From a virus, in the IMG/VR virus record IMGVR_UViG_3300037140_000076, positions 1 through 64,000 of that record: a stretch of 64,000 nucleotides of DNA. One strand, given 5' to 3'. Positions 63,963 to 64,000 of the stretch are shown piece by piece. The translations under genes and the position numbers were made by a program. How positions within the stretch are numbered: the first letter of the stretch is position 1; every line of letters begins with the position of its first letter. Under the pieces are notes generated by a model. It ran no database searches. It had not been told where the DNA came from and was given only the letters and a program-made list of their open reading frames with translations.

Positions 63963-64000
63963 TTTGTTTGTTTTTATGTTTAAAAGTTTTTACTGTTTTC

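Larger units (their letters stand above)
1..64000. mobile_element. Bacteriophage genome segment, Crassvirales-like (Bacteroidetes-infecting podovirus)
   Basis: Dense phage-type gene packing; virion/lysis arm on + and replication arm on - converge at a terminator; PolB, primase, helicases, tail fibres, endolysin; Bacteroidetes-type promoters; no host housekeeping operons or integrase seen. Confidence 0.9.

Noticed and set aside
1-64000. Genome-wide stop-codon recoding (TAG=Gln or TGA=Trp) as in some Crassvirales
   Set aside because: Standard-code ORFs tile the window; TAG ends the SSB (47403), Sak4-like (48071) and 56524 genes at natural positions; TGA is used in ATGA overlaps; only one in-frame TAG was found
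1-64000. CRISPR array, rRNA, integrase/att site
   Set aside because: No regularly spaced repeats, rRNA-like tracts or recombinase motifs observed

Overview
The whole window is a 64 kb segment of a lytic, podovirus-type phage of Bacteroidetes with a Crassvirales-like (crAss-like) gene layout. It has two convergent arms that meet at a bidirectional terminator near 31.97 kb. The + arm (1-31954) is the virion and lysis module: tail stabilisation/muzzle-type protein, a virion muramidase, xxGG-repeat cargo proteins, three very large internal virion proteins, tail fibres/spike, membrane proteins and a GH24 endolysin. The - arm (32001-63962) carries replication, recombination, nucleotide-metabolism and host-takeover genes: recA, PolB, DnaB-like and SF2 helicases, primase, SSB, Sak4-like ATPase, exonucleases, GroES, MazG, a glycosyltransferase, an RNA-repair cluster and several homing endonucleases. 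Canonical Bacteroidetes sigma70 promoters (TTTG-N~20-TAnnTTTG) are present. Main highlights: (1) a non-coding RNA operon at 60.3-61.2 kb with its own promoter and terminator, containing a tmRNA with an unusually long, AUG-led tag frame, an unrecognised ~190-nt multi-stem RNA and a tRNA-like element with a 5-nt anticodon loop; (2) a PurD-like ATP-grasp ligase plus an HExxE protein inserted between cargo genes rich in [K/R/Q]-x-G-G motifs, a candidate virion-protein cleavage/ligation system; (3) an RNA ligase/kinase/phosphoesterase cluster with an AEP-like gene; (4) a gene with a single in-frame TAG missed by the ORF track; (5) a T9SS-substrate-type Ig domain split by a membrane hairpin. All calls come from manual motif reading; no database searches were run.
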